Shown: positions 25,599 to 43,982 of the stretch, piece by piece
Layout: each line of letters begins with the position of its first letter
Numbering within the stretch: position 1 is the first letter of the stretch
Source: the human T2T-CHM13v2.0 reference genome, Homo sapiens
Length of the DNA stretch: 64,000 nucleotides
Assembly (NCBI RefSeq): GCF_009914755.1
Contig: NC_060944.1
Strand: one strand, 5' to 3'
The notes under the pieces: generated by a model
Told to the model about the DNA's origin: nothing
Seen by the model: the letters and a program-made list of their open reading frames with translations, nothing else
Database searches by the model: none
Made by a program: the position numbers and the translations under genes

Positions 25599-28023
25599 TT
25601 AATTTTACAAGGTCTGCTTTACAGCTTTGTACGTATAAAGCATATTGACACATTGAAAGGAAACAATTGGGAAATAGTGAATTAAGAAAGGCTGTGTGGC
25701 TAAAGAAAAGATCACGTTTAATTTGATAGAAAATGGACTTATAGAGATGAAAAATGCTGTAGAAATGGACCGAGACAAGGCAACCCAACCATTTTTCACT
25801 TTTACATGTGAGTATGGTTTTGATTCTATTCAAACTCTGGCTTTTCTAGAAAAAAAAAAAAGAGTAACTGGCTAGAAAGTTATTCATTTCCCTTTATGCT
25901 TGGGAATGAAATAAAATGTGTTCCTCTTTTTGAAGTTGTGCGTGCTTTCCTTTCCGTCGAGGTTACTTATGAGGCACATGGAAATAAGGGAATCAATTTC
26001 TTCCTCTTCTTGTGCTACAAACCTTTATAAAGGTTGCTATAAATGTCATAACTGCCTTGTTTCCTGAAAAGTAATTTCCCTGTCATTCCGATCTGTTCCT
26101 TTGAGATACCATATTATTGGTCTATGATGATTTCTTTAAAGTGCGTCAAAGTATGTGGTTTAGTGTATTTTTCTTATTTCACTGCCTTACAGTGAATTTC
26201 TCACTCACTTCAAGGCTTGCTCCTAAGTCACCAATTATTCATAAAGGATTGCTTGATTTTATCCTCCTAATGAAATGAATTAAGGTTGAAGAAAAGCCCT
26301 TAACAGAGCATAAAATGCCAAAAAGACCTTAGGAAATTATAAGTCCTTCCAGCTAAAATGTGAATTTAACTACAAGAAGAGGAAGAAGCAGGAGAAAGAA
26401 CATGCTTAGAAATGGTGGCATGATGAGTCCTATAGAGGTGGACAGAGGGGAAAGGAAGAGTCATAGTTCAGCATTTATGGCTTCCGTATTGTCAATATCC
26501 ATCAGATGCATTAAAAACAATCCTAGAAACGAACAGAAAGGCCAGGAATGCAACAGCAATCACAGTGATGGTCCTAAAGCATCTAAACCTCCTCTGACCG
26601 CACAGTGTCTCTGATACCATGAAGAGTAGAAGGACAGATGAGCATGAGGGTAAATATACATATGGAAAATGTTTGTTTTTACTTGTACACCAAGAAATCA
26701 CTGGCTCAAGCTCACAAAATGCAATCATATTTTATTACATTTTCCAGTTATTCAAGACTCAACTATACCAGAAAACATCTTAAAAAACACTTTTAAACAG
26801 GATGTGAATGCTTTGTATTACACAGCTTAATGTAATTGATTTAGAGTCCATGAGGAAAACCAATTTTCCTTTTTTTTTTGTGAGACATATTGATTTAAGG
26901 GAAAAAGCAGTAATTGATTGTATCTTTGGAGATCAAAGGTGAGTTGATGAGAGAGGAAACTGGAAAGGAGAGAGAAAAAGACATAGATAGAAAGAGATAA
27001 AATGAGGTCTGAATATAAACATCTATTTCTGAGATTTAACTTATTATCACTAAGTTTTCATTTTCCCCAAATATTTCTCTTCAAGGAACAGAAATCATTC
27101 GGATTCAGATCTGTGTGCATGCAAAGAATCTGTATGTGTGCTCTTTGGCTGAGCCCATTTGTAAAATAAACAAGAAACATAGAGCTGTTAAGAAATAAGA
27201 TGAGCCAGGACTTACAGGCACAGATGTACCCTCATCTTTTGGATATTTATACTGAGTTTTCTTAAGCACTCAAAACTTTGGAAGGATTTTAAGATGCTTC
27301 ATAGAGTCATTTGTCTAATTGGATATCTAGGAGAGCAATATCTAGGAAGAATGCACTCATTTCAGAAAACGAAAAGTTATTTGTAATTATAATAGCGGGC
27401 TTTTCTGCCTCTTTTTGGAACTGGTAGTGAGCATGCTGGCTCAGTTCCTCACCCTATGCCTCCTTTTCTTGCTTTTAAATCTTCTCCATTATCTCCTTTA
27501 TTATCTGCTATTTATTTTACTGAAGGTAATCACTGCTTTATTAATCACTGCTTGAGTAACCACAGTGGGACTTGAAATGAGCTTGTTTGGATTGTAAAAG
27601 TCACAAATGCTGGTGGACCTCTTGAAATTTCCCTTTTTCCCTTCACTTTTATGAGAACTTCCACGTGTAGAAATGTCATGGGCGACCAGAGGTGGTTTAG
27701 TGTTTCTGAAGCTTGGAGAAAGGGAATTTGAAGATACTTTTCAGGTAGCATACACGTGGTGTGTCACGGTAAACCATAAGAAATTCTCATTGCTTACATG
27801 AAAGAGACTTGGTTTGCTTCAAGAGCAAAACAATAAAAATGGTTTTTGAAACAAAAGTAATTTAGGCATCCAGTTTGTTTTTCGGAAATAAAAACTCAAA
27901 TGTGAATTCATTTTGAAGCTGGTAATTACATTTTGTTTCTAATGTAGTTGTAAGAAAGACTTATAAAAACTGGATTTCAAATAGCTTTTGCAAAATAACC
28001 TTTGCGTTTAGTTAAATAATCAG

Positions 28024-28312
28024 GGCCAGGCGTGGTGGCTCACGCCTGTAATCCCAGCACTTTGGGAGACTGAGGCGGGTGGATCACCTGAGGTCAGGAG
28101 TTCGAGACTAGATGGAGAAACCCCATCTCTACTAAAAATACAAAATTAGCCGGGCGTGGTGGTGCATGCCTGTAATCCCAGCTACTCAGAAGGCTGAGGC
28201 AGGAGAATTGCTTGAACCTGGGAGGCAGAGGTTGCAGTGAGCAAGATCACGCCATTGCACTCCAGCCTGGGCAACAAGAGCGAAACTCCGTCTCAAAAAA
28301 AAAAAAAAAAAA
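28024..28312 (+). mobile_element. Alu (AluSp/Sq-like) with small internal deletion
   Basis: Full Alu with A-tail, lacking the usual gcctgaccaac near 28110. Confidence 0.95.
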
Positions 28313-28374
28313 ATCAGAAGGGAATTTCAATTTTCCTTGAAATACTACTAGATCTTAGAAAGTAGGGGCGTTAT

Positions 28375-32476
<4,102 letters not shown>

Positions 32477-32987
32477 AGAAAGTAGGGGCATTATGAATCT
32501 ACACAGGTGATAATATTTCATAGACACACACACACACAGAACATCATGTAAAAACTGGTGAAATCTGAATAAAGCCAATATTTGAGTTAATACTATAATA
32601 CCAGTGTCAATTTCCTGGTTTGACACTGTACTCCATTTATGTAAAATACGTCATTATATGGGGAAGCTGACTGAAGGGTACACACACGGTAACTCTCTGA
32701 TTTTCTGCAACTTCTTGAGAATTCAAATTTGAGAAAAATGAAGATCAGGAACGTAAGAAGAAACTGAAGTTATTTAGAGCTATGTCTTGATGCTTCTTTT
32801 CTCATTTCTTTCATACACACTTCGCCTAGGAGCTTTAAATACCATATAGATGCTGACACACCCAATTTATATCTCCTGGGTGTATCTCTCTTCTGAGTTC
32901 CAAGGTCATACCTAATTGCCTGTTTGACATCTTCTCTTAGTACTATCACAGGCATCTCAAAAGTTTTAAATCCAAGAGTGAGTTTTT

Positions 32988-33517
32988 AAAAAATTTCAGT
33001 AGTTTTGGGGAGTACAAGTGATTTTTGGTTACATGGATAAGTTTTAGTGGTGTTTCTAAGATTTTAATGTACTCGTCACTGTACCCAATATGTTGCCTGT
33101 TATCCCTCACCCCCACAACTCTCCCCCACAACAGGTCCCCAAAGTCCATTATATCATTCTTATGCCTTTGTGTCCTCATAGCTTAGCTACCACTTATGAG
33201 AAAATACAATGTTTGATTTTCCATTGCTGAGTTACTTCACTTAGAATAATGACCTCCAGCATCATCCAAGTTGCATTCCTTTTTATGGCTGAGTAGTATT
33301 CCATGGTGTATATATACCACATCTTCTTTACCCACTCATTGGTTGATGGGCATTTAGGTTGGTTCCATATTTTTGCAATTGCAAATTGTGCTGCAATAAA
33401 CGTGAATGTGCATATGTCTTTTTAATATCATGACTTATTTTTCTTTGGGTAGGTACCCAGTAGTGGGATTACTGGATCTAATGGTAGTTCTACTTTTAGT
33501 TTTTCAAGGATTCCTGT
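32988..33517 (-). mobile_element. L1PB-like 3' end inserted in an L2 remnant
   Basis: tttttggttacatggataagttttagtggtg...ccccaaagtccattatatcattcttatgcctttg. TSD GAGTGAGTTTTT at 32976-32987 and 33518-33529. Confidence 0.85.
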
Positions 33518-34320
33518 GAGTGAGTTTTTGAGCAAGTTCCCTAACCCCAGATTTCAGCTGCACGTTGTACTTATTCAGGTTAAGCCTGGAAATGATCCCA
33601 TCTCTAACCAGCCTCTGCTCCCAACATCCAGTCTACCACCAAACCCAGGCAATTTTACCCTCAAAGAACCGTTGGAAACTCCTAATGTATTTTTCTTACA
33701 GTTTTCATTATGGAAAATAGTAAGCATTTACAGAATAAAGATAATACCATAATGAATCCCTGTGTAGCTATCACCCAGCCTCCAAAATATTATATTCAAC
33801 TCATGTCCAGTTTTATTTTCTCTCCTCTCCATTTCCTCCACTTCAGTGTATTTTGAAGCCTATCTCAAGTATCATATTATTTCTGCTGTAAATATTTCAA
33901 CATACTTTTCTAAAAAATACAATATTCCTTACTTGAAAATTATAATTTCTTAATATTATCAAATATCTAGTCATAGTGCACATTTGTATGATTAGCTTAT
34001 GATTTTTACAGTATGTTTTTTCAAATCAAACAGTTTCATACATAGCAATTGGTGGATATGTTTCTTATCCTTTTTAATCATCTCATTTTTTTCTTATTTG
34101 TTTATTGAATAAACTAGGTCATCTATCTGTTAGAATTTCCAGCCCTCTGCATCTTTATGATTTCATCTGTGTGGCTGACGTAGAGATGTACCACCCAGAT
34201 CCCACTTCAGGAAGGTCTTGTTGCACAGTTGCTGGGAATGTGAGCAGCAGACAGATTCCCTCTTCCAGCTTTCAGTTCCTTCATTATCTTACTTAGTCAT
34301 ACGGAGCTTCTTTGTTTTCT

Positions 34321-34618
34321 TTTTTCTTCTTTTTTTGAGACGGAGTATCACTCTGTTGCCCAGGCTGGAGTGCAGTGGTGTGATCTCAGCTCACTGCAAG
34401 CTCTGCCTTCCCAGGTTCAAGCGATTCTCCTGCCTCAGCCTCCTGAGTAGCTGGGATTACAGGTGGCACCACCATGCCCAGCTAATTTTTGTATTTTTAG
34501 TAGAGACAGGGTTTCACAGTGTTGGCCGGGCTGGTCTCAAAATCCTGACCTCAGGTGATCCACCCACCTCGGCCTCCCAAAGTGCTGGGATTACAGACTT
34601 GAGCCACCACTCCTGGCC
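34321..34618 (-). mobile_element. Alu (AluSx-like)
   Basis: 17-bp TSD GAGCTTCTTTGTTTTCT at 34304-34320 and 34620-34636. Confidence 0.96.
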
Positions 34619-34839
34619 AGAGCTTCTTTGTTTTCTAGCATATCAAGGTAATTCAGGATAGTCTTGTACATTTCTGCCTTAATCCTAGAATTATCTATTT
34701 TCTTTTAAGGATTTCTAACTCCTTATAATAGGAAATTATCTTTAGGGATCATAATCTGGACACAAGGAGTGTTCTTTATTTTCTACGCTGAAAACAGTGA
34801 TCAGAGCCGGGAAATTTAAAAATAGGACTACAAGATTAT

Positions 34840-35259
34840 CACTTAAACTTATGGAGGCTGAGATGTGTTAAGTTCTGCTGTCTGCAAGTTGGAGACCCAG
34901 GAAAGCCAGTGGTATGGTTTGAAGGCCTGAGAGCCAGTGAACTGATGGTATAGACTCTAGTCTGGGTCTGAAGGCCTCAGAACCAAGAGTGCTGAAGGCA
35001 GGAGAAGATCAATGTTCCAGCTCAAGCAGGCAGGCAGAGAGCAAATTCAAGCTTCCTCCACCTTTTGTTCTATTCAGAGCCTGAATGGATTGGATCATGC
35101 CCACCCATGTTAGAGGGGGCATCTGCCTTACTTAGTCCACCATCTAAATGCTAATCTCTTCTGGAAACACCCTCACAGAGATCACAAGAAATAATGTTTA
35201 ACCAGCTATCTGGGTAACCTGTGGCCTAGTCAAGTTGACACATAAAATTAAGCATCACA
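34840..35259 (-). mobile_element. MLT2 (ERVL) LTR
   Basis: ctgcaagttggagacccaggaaagcc ... caagttgacacataaaattaagcatcaca. Confidence 0.8.
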
Positions 35260-36154
35260 GTATGGTCTTTAAATCAGCAATGGCTTCACCTGGGAGCTTG
35301 TTAGAAACTCAGATTTTCAGACCCACCTTCAGACCTATTGAATCAGAATTTGAATTTCAATAAGTTTGAGAAGCACTGCTTTAATTTAACCCATTTTATT
35401 CTTTCTCACACACGTGTAGAATTTTTCATCCGTATTCATTCTTTGACACCTTTTCTCCTTCTGTCATGATAGCAAACATTGATTGTGCCAACAGATCAAT
35501 GTGCAATTGTGCCAATTTGCACAGACACTGCGTAGAGTGCTTTTGAAATTATTTAATACTCAAAGACCCTTTAAAGAAGATCTGATTATTATCTCCATTT
35601 TTCAGGAGAAGGAACAGAGGCTTAGGATAGTCAAGTAACCTGCCCAAGTTACACAGCAGTGGTAAATCCAGGACTGAAAAATAGCTGGTCCGATTCATAC
35701 ATTGTGTTTAACTACTTTGCCATATTAACTCCCTGGGATCTTTCTAATCCTTCAATATTTCCATAAAATTCTGTCTTCTTCAGCCCCTTTGCTGAACTCT
35801 TGCAGTTATTCCATTGCTTCTCAGAAGTTGATAAATTATCCTGTCTTCATTAATGAGTCAATTGTTCTTTCTCTAATACCCCACACTTGATCATTAAGGA
35901 ATGCTATGTCTGACCTTCAAAATATTCCTCGAGTGTGAGCACTGCTCATTGTTTAGTCCACTGCCACCCAGTTAAAGCACCATTGTCTCTTGCCTGGAAC
36001 ATAACATACTCCTCTAATTGCCTCCCGTTCTTGCTTGTCTACAGTGTGTCAAGAACAGCCATGGTGGTCTCCTGTTCAAAATCTTTCAATGGCTTCTAAC
36101 TGCGCTTCTAGTGAAATCCAAACTAATTACCAAGGCTTATAAGGCTCTGTATTA

Positions 36155-36375
36155 CAGGTCAGAAAACAATGGACTAAGGGCCCAATATGGCCTGCCACTG
36201 ATTTGAAAAATAAAGCTTTACTGTAACCCAGCCATATCCATTTGTTTACATATGATTTGTGGCTGGCTTTTCCTTTACTATGGTGGCATTGAGTAGTTGT
36301 GACTGAGACTGTGGGGCCCACAAAGCCTAAAATATTTCCTATCTAACCCTTTACAGAGAAAATTTATTAATCCAC
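36155..36375 (+). mobile_element. MER58-like MITE in an L2 remnant
   Basis: aaataaagctttactgtaacccagccatatccatttgttta...ggcccacaaagcctaaaatatt...cctttacagagaa. Confidence 0.65.
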
Positions 36376-37002
36376 ATTTTAGATGGTCTGGCCCTGCCTA
36401 CCTTTCGGACTTCATCTCCTAGCTCTCTCCCTTGTGTGCCCTCTGCCCTGGCCACAAAGCCTCCTTGCTCTTCCTTGAACATGCCAAGCTTGCTTCTGCC
36501 ACAGGATTTCAACACAAAATATTTACTTTGCCTAGAATGTTTTTATCTCTAAGATCCACATATCTCCCTCCCTAGCTTCATCCAAGTTCTGCTCAAATGT
36601 CACTTCAGCATGGCCTTCCCTGACCACCCTCCCTAACATCCCCCCACCCCTATTCCATCACCTTCCACTCCTTGCCCTGCTTTATTCTTCACGGCTTTTA
36701 TCACCATCCTGCATCCATCTGTTTGTCTGTTTGTTAATTTATTGTCTCTCTTCTTCCACTAAAACCTAAGCTCCATGGAATCAAGGATCTTAATTGTTTG
36801 GTTCTCTCTTGTATCTCTAGCAGTCTTAGACCACATAGGTGCTTAGTTTATTTGTTAAACAAACTAACTTCCTAACTAGCTATTATGTGTGGCAGGTGCT
36901 GTGCTAGATACTAGGTATACAGAGGTGAACTCTTGTTTATGGCTCTCCAGGGCCCACATGGGACCTGGACGTGGTTCTGGAAAGTGATCATCTTGAGCTT
37001 CG

Positions 37003-37582
37003 TGTGGCAATTCCTCAAAGACCTAGAACCAGAAATACCATTTGGCCTAGCAATCCCATTACTGTGTACATACCCAAAGGAATATAAATCATTCTGTTAT
37101 AAAGCTACATGCACACGTATGTTCATTGCAGCACTATTCACAATAGCAAAGACTCGGAATCAACTCAAATGCTCATCAATGATAGACTGGATAAAGAAAA
37201 TGTGGTACATATACACCATGGAATACTATGCAGCCATGAAAAGGAACAAGATCATGTCCTTTTTGGGGACTTGGATGGAGCTGGAAGCCATTATCCTCAG
37301 CAAACTAATGCAGGAACAGAAACCAAACACTGCATGTTCTTATAAGTGGGAGCTGAACAATGAGAACACATGGACACAGGGAGGGGAACAACACACACTG
37401 GGGCCTGTTGGGTTCGGGGCGTGAGCAGGGGGAGGGTAAGCATCAGGATAAATAGCTAATGCATGCGGGGCTTAATACCTAAGTGATGGGTTCATAGGTG
37501 CAGCAAAGCACCATGGCACACGTTTACCTGTGTAACAAACCTGCACATCCTGCACATGTATCCCGGAACTTAAGAAAAAAAG
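37003..37582 (+). mobile_element. L1PA (older, PA8-PA13-like) 3' end
   Basis: ORF2 C-terminus (WQFLKDLEPEIPF...) and 3'UTR gcatcaggataaatagctaatgcatgcggggcttaatacc. Confidence 0.9.
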
Positions 37583-38045
37583 AGATACTGCAAAAGTCAT
37601 CAGGAGCCAGCACACCTGCCAGGTGAAACCAGGTGTTCTAAGGCAGGGCATCTATATTTTTGGATTTCAGAGAATTAGGTTTTTTTCTCTGCATTTTCTT
37701 CTTACTACTGGAGAATGACATAAGGCTGCCAACTTAATTATTTTGTCATATTGGATATTTCAAGTAATAAATCTGCTGTCTGCAAAAAGACACCTTCAAG
37801 ATAGGTGAAAACATTTAAATATGAACTGGATATTAGATAATGCAATGGAATTATTAATACTTAGTGTGACAATGGAAATATGATTATATCTGAAAATGTC
37901 AGTTTTGCTTAGAGATGTATATTGGAGTACACAGGGATGAAATGGCATGAAGCGTGGGATTGGCTTTCAAATAACTGGGCACAGCAATGAAGTGTGGAAG
38001 GTAGTAGTGTTACCCCATTTTACAGAAAAGGAGAGGGAATCTTTT

Positions 38046-39136
38046 TTTTTTTTTTTTTTTTAATTTTATTTTTATTTTTTTATTTTTTTATTTTTTATTT
38101 TTTTTTTTTATTGATCATTCTTGGGTGTTTCTCGCAGAGGGGGATTTGGCAGGGTCATAGGACAATAGTGGAGGGAAGGTCAGCAGATAAACAAGTGAAC
38201 AAAGGTCTCTGGTTTTCCTAGGCAGAGGACCCTGCGGCCTTCCGCAGTGTTTGTGTCCCTGGGTACTTGAGATTAGGGAGTGGTGATGACTCTTAACGAG
38301 CATGCTGCCTTCAAGCATCTGTTTAACAAAGCACATCTTGCACCGCCCTTAATCCATTTAACCCTGAGTGGACACAGCACATGTTTCAGAGAGCACAGGG
38401 TTGGGGATAAGGTCACAGATCAACAGGATCCCAAGGCAGAAGAATTTTTCTTAGTACAGAACAAAATGAAAAGTCTCCCATGTCTACTTCTATCCACACA
38501 GACCCGGCAACCATCTGATTTCTCAATTTTTTCCCCACCCTTCCCGCCTTTCTATTCCACAAAACCGCCATTGTCATCATGGCCCATCCCCAATGAGCCG
38601 CTGGGCACACCTCCCAGACGGGGTCGTGGCCGGGCAGAGGGGCTCCTCACTTCCCAGTAGGGGCGGCCGGGCAGAAGCGCCCCTCACCTCCCGGATGGGG
38701 CGGCTGGCCGGGCGGGGGGCTGACCCCCCGACCATCCTCCCGGACGGGGCGGCTGGCCAGGCAGAGGGGCTCCTCACTTCCCAGTAGGGGCGGCCGGGCA
38801 GAGGCGCCCCTCACCTCCCGGACGGGGCGGCCAGCCGGGCGGGGGGCTGACCCCCCCACCTCCCTCCCGGACAGGGCGGCTGGCCGGGCAGAGGGGCTCC
38901 TCACTTCCCAGTAGGGGCGGCCGGGCAGAGGCGCCCCTCACCTCCCGGACGGGGCGGCTGGCCAGGCGGGGGGCTGATCCCCCCACCTCCCTCCCGGACG
39001 GGGCGGCTGGTCGGGCGGGGGGCTGACCCCCCCCACCTCCCTCCCGGACAGGGCGGCTAGCCGGGCGGGGGGCTGACCCCCCCACCTCCCTCCCGGATGG
39101 GGCGGCTGGCCAGGCGGGGGGCTGACCCCCCACCTC
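38046..39136 (-). mobile_element. SVA retrotransposon (young, E/F-like), 5'-truncated within the VNTR
   Basis: Patterned poly-T tail at 38042-38110, SINE-R at ~38111-38600, GC-rich VNTR at ~38605-39136. Perfect TSD GAGAGGGAATCTTTT at 38031-38045 and 39137-39151. It interrupts a MIR. Confidence 0.97.
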
Positions 39137-40437
39137 GAGAGGGAATCTTTTGATGAACTTGCCACTCATCAAGATTACACAACTAGTAAGAGGTGGAGCT
39201 AAGAGTTGAACTCAGACAATATGAACCTAAAAACCAGTGTTACTAAATGAGTCACTCCAATGAAGAACTTTAACTGGAAATTTGGTGTCCTACGGAGAGG
39301 CCGTAGCATGCAAAGATGCCAGCTGTCCTCATTGATACTTCTACCTACCCTTCCATCTGTGCTCCTGCCTCCATTCCCACCCTCAGATAAGGAAACTCAG
39401 GACCTCTAGACATGTCAAGAACATACTTGAGTTGAGAGACAGCTCTCCATATAGACAGCTCTCCATATAGACACCAAAGTTTGTAGCCAGATTTTTTTTT
39501 TTCATTTTTTTAATCTTTCATCTCCATGGTGTTCAATGAACCCGGAACATAAACAGACAGATGGTCTGAGTGGGCGGGCATTTTCACTTAATGCTAACAC
39601 AGTTGCCATCAATCCCACCTCTTAAACTAATACCACCTCCCTCTTAAATTAATGACGTCACAGGTATGCAGCTCCCTGCAGACCTTGGCAATCACATGGG
39701 AATCTTTTTGGCACTTCTGAGAGATAAGATCTATGGAAAAAAGTCTCAGAATCTGCAAATCTTTTCCAGAGAAACCTTATCCTGTTAAGAACTCTTGGAC
39801 TGATAGTCTCTTGATAACTGACAGTGAAATAACACTAATAATAACAACTAAAATGTACCGTGCATTTATTAGTATCAGGTACCATGCTGAGTACAAGGAT
39901 TTTCACTCCATTCTCATCACCACTCTGCTTAGTGAGTACCTTGTGGCTGTTTTGGAGGTGGGAAAACTTATAACCAGCTAACGTTTTTACTTATGAATTC
40001 TCTTACCTCAAATATTTACGAAGCATCTTCCATACTTAAGGCACATTATGTACAACTTATTACAGACTTTCAAGGAGCTTTTAGCCTTAAAAATGGGAGA
40101 AATTAACAGCAACAATAACACTTACGGAGTTTTTACCATGTGTCAGATGCTGCGCCTTTCGATCTTTGGTTGTTTAATGATTTCAACAGTCTCTGATATG
40201 GATTCTCTTTTCTGCCCCATATTTTAGAAACAGGGAAACTGGAGCATAGATAGGTTAAGTGACATGCCTCAAGTCACACATGTACTAAACGGTTAGAGCT
40301 CAGATTTGAACCCCAGAAGCCTGTCTGTTGACCTGCATGCCTAGCCACCATGCCATACTGGTCTTCCTTATTTAAAATGTACACATCCCCCCACCCATCC
40401 CCCCACCAACACACACTAAAAATAACCAGTAATGTGA

Positions 40438-40728
<291 letters not shown>

Positions 40729-40814
40729 TATTTACTTTTTTCTACATTCAATGAGAGCGTCAACATCTCTAGGCAAGAAGTCTCATTCATATTTCTGTCC
40801 CCAGGACCCCAGAC

Positions 40815-41032
40815 CAGTGACTCAGTGGGTAGTGGTGTTGATTTTGTACCCCAGGGAACATTTGGTAATGTCTGCAGACCTTTCTAGTTGCCACAACGTG
40901 GGGCGGGGTGTGCTACTGGCTTCTAGTGGGTAATAACAAGGATGCTGCTACCCCTGCAGAACACACAAGAGAGTCCCTGACATCAGAGAATTCCCCAGCC
41001 CCAAATCGGTGATGCCAAGGCTGAGACCCTGC
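40815..41032 (+). mobile_element. MER20 hAT MITE
   Basis: gattttgtaccccagggaacatttggtaatgtctgcagac...tgctactggcttctagtgggta...gccaaggctgagaccctg. Confidence 0.8.
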
Positions 41033-41666
41033 CTGAGTATAATGACTAACAAAGTTAAGTGTTCAATATATAGTTTTTTGGGTAAATTTCAAGTCGTATA
41101 CCAACAACCTCCACCAAACGACAATCCCTAAAAGATAACGTTTGCTTATCTTTCAAAACCCAGCTCAAGCAGCACCACCTCCTAGAAGCCTTTCTGACAC
41201 CATCAGACAGCATTTTTTTTTTCTTTTTAAAAATCCTAGTAAAATATTGGCTTATTTTACTTTCTCTTCACCCTTTTCCTAGTCAGCTCTGCTCAGGGAA
41301 TGCAAATGTCAGCCTAAGGATGACACTATTAGGCCAAAAGTATGTTTCTTCAAAAGCAATGTGAAACATTTCAAAGTTAAAAAAAAAAAAAAAAAAAAGG
41401 AAAAACCTGTGAATTTTCCATGGCTTTGTAGCTGGGATTTAAATCCTAAGTTTCCAGTCACAAGCAATTATCCAGCTTTTAATGAAATGCAAGCCTTCTA
41501 TCTAGTTGCTAAATCTCCTGAGATGGTTTCTGGTTTCTTCAGTTCTCAGTAGAAATTCTTTTTTTTTTTTATAGACAGGTTTATTGAGGTACAATTTACA
41601 TACAGTAAAATTCACTCTTGTTAAGTGGATAGTTCTATTTGTTTTGACAAATGTACAGTGGTGTAA

Positions 41667-42230
<564 letters not shown>

Positions 42231-42816
42231 TAAACATTTTCTCATACCCAGGTGCAGTTAAGCCCCTTCCCTCTTCACACGAGGGGAAGAGGCAAGGGCC
42301 CTGAGAACACCTGAGAGCACCTGACGGGTGGGTTTCTGAGCTGGTACTTTTGCTTTTTCCAGAATGTTATAGAAATGGAATCATATAACGGTGTGTGGTA
42401 TTTCATGCCTAACTTCTTTTGCTTCACGTAATGCCTCTGAGTTTCATCTATGTTGTTGGAGGTATCCATAGTTTGTTCTTTTTATTGCTTTTTATTCCAT
42501 TGTATGGATGTAGCACAGCTTCTTTAATTCATGAGTCGATAGGTATTTGGTTTGCTTCCAGTTTTTGGAGATGATGGAGATTATGAATAAATCTGCTCTA
42601 AGTATTTGCATACATGGTTTCATTGGGACATAAATTTTTGTTTTTCCTGGATAATAGGAGTGAGATTGTTGGGTCTATGGTAAGTACATCTTTAACTTTT
42701 ATAAGAAGCTACCAAACTGTTTTCCAAAGTGCTTGTGCTGTTTCACCATCCCATTAGCAATGGATGACAGTCCCAGCCACTTCACCTCTCTGCCACCACT
42801 TAAAATTGTCAGTGGT

Positions 42817-43118
42817 GGCCAGACATAGTGACTCATGCTGGTAATCTCAGCACTTTGGGAGGCTGAGACGGGAGGATCACTTGAGTCCAGGAGTTCAAGA
42901 CCAGCCTGGACAGTACAGTGAGACCTTGTCTGTACAAAAAAAAAAAAAAAAAATTAGCCGGGCATGGTGGTGCATGCCTATAGTCTCAGCTACTCAGGAG
43001 GCTGAGGTGAGAGGATCATTTGAGCCTGGGAGGAGGACACTGCCATGAGCCAAGACTGTACCACTGCACTCCAGCCTGAGCAACAGAGCAAGACCTTATC
43101 TCAAAAAAAAAAAAAAAA
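42817..43118 (+). mobile_element. Alu (AluJ-like)
   Basis: ggaggatcacttgagtccaggagttcaag, long middle A-tract and an A-tail. Confidence 0.93.
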
Positions 43119-43643
43119 TTGCCATTTTCATTTCCCTGATGACTAATGATGTCAAGCATTTTTAATGTGCTTATTTGCCATCCATATATCTTCAGTGGTT
43201 ATGCGCTTATTGAAATCTTTTGCTCACGTTTTAATTTGGCTGTTTTCTGTGAGTTTTGAGAGTTCTCGATATATTTTAGATACAAGCCCATTATTAGATT
43301 TGTAATTTGCAAATATTTTCTCCTAGCTGTGGCTTGTCTTTTCATTCTCTTAACATTCTTTCAAAGAGCAGAAGCCTATAATTTTGATGAAGTCCAAGTT
43401 ATCAATTTTTTCTTTTATAATTTGTACTTTTTGTGTTTTACATAAGAAATAATTGTCTAGTACCAGGTCATAAAGATTTTTTTTCTCCTAAGTTCCCTTT
43501 TAGCAGTTTTGTTTTTTTTTAGATTTTACATTTAGAGCTATGATTCATGTTGAGTTTTGTGCATAGTTTGAGGTATAAGTCAAGGTCTCTTATTTTTGTA
43601 TATGATGACCGACTGTTCCAACAGAATTTGTTAAAAAGACAAT

Positions 43644-43982
43644 TGTAAGTTGCAGGGCCCGCTCAAACCGAGTAACCATTGCTTAAGTTGTTTTGGATAG
43701 CACAGGGCCAAAATTGCAAGTCATATAGCCCAGACATGCCAATGAAAAACAGCTTTAACCTCTTAGTATCACCAGCCAGGCAGGCTGGCTGCATTGGCAG
43801 CACCTGGGACTAGTTAGGAACGTCATAGAGCTTGACCCACCTCCAGATCAGGGAGACAAATTTCAGCGTTGCCTCTACCTCCTTGCCAGTCAACTTGCAG
43901 TGAAGCTTTTTCTTGTCTCAAAAGCTGGTGCCATAATAGGGGCTTCTCTGCACGCCAGGTATGAATTGACTGCTCAATAACA
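43644..43982. mobile_element. Probable solo ERV LTR (~340 bp), family not assigned
   Basis: TG...CA-bounded, more GC-rich block interrupting L1M sequence. Imperfect flanking caat/taat. Confidence 0.55.

Noticed and set aside
38280-39172. Pro/Gly/Arg-rich ORFs and CpG-island-like composition
   Set aside because: Explained entirely by the SVA SINE-R and VNTR. Not a gene promoter.
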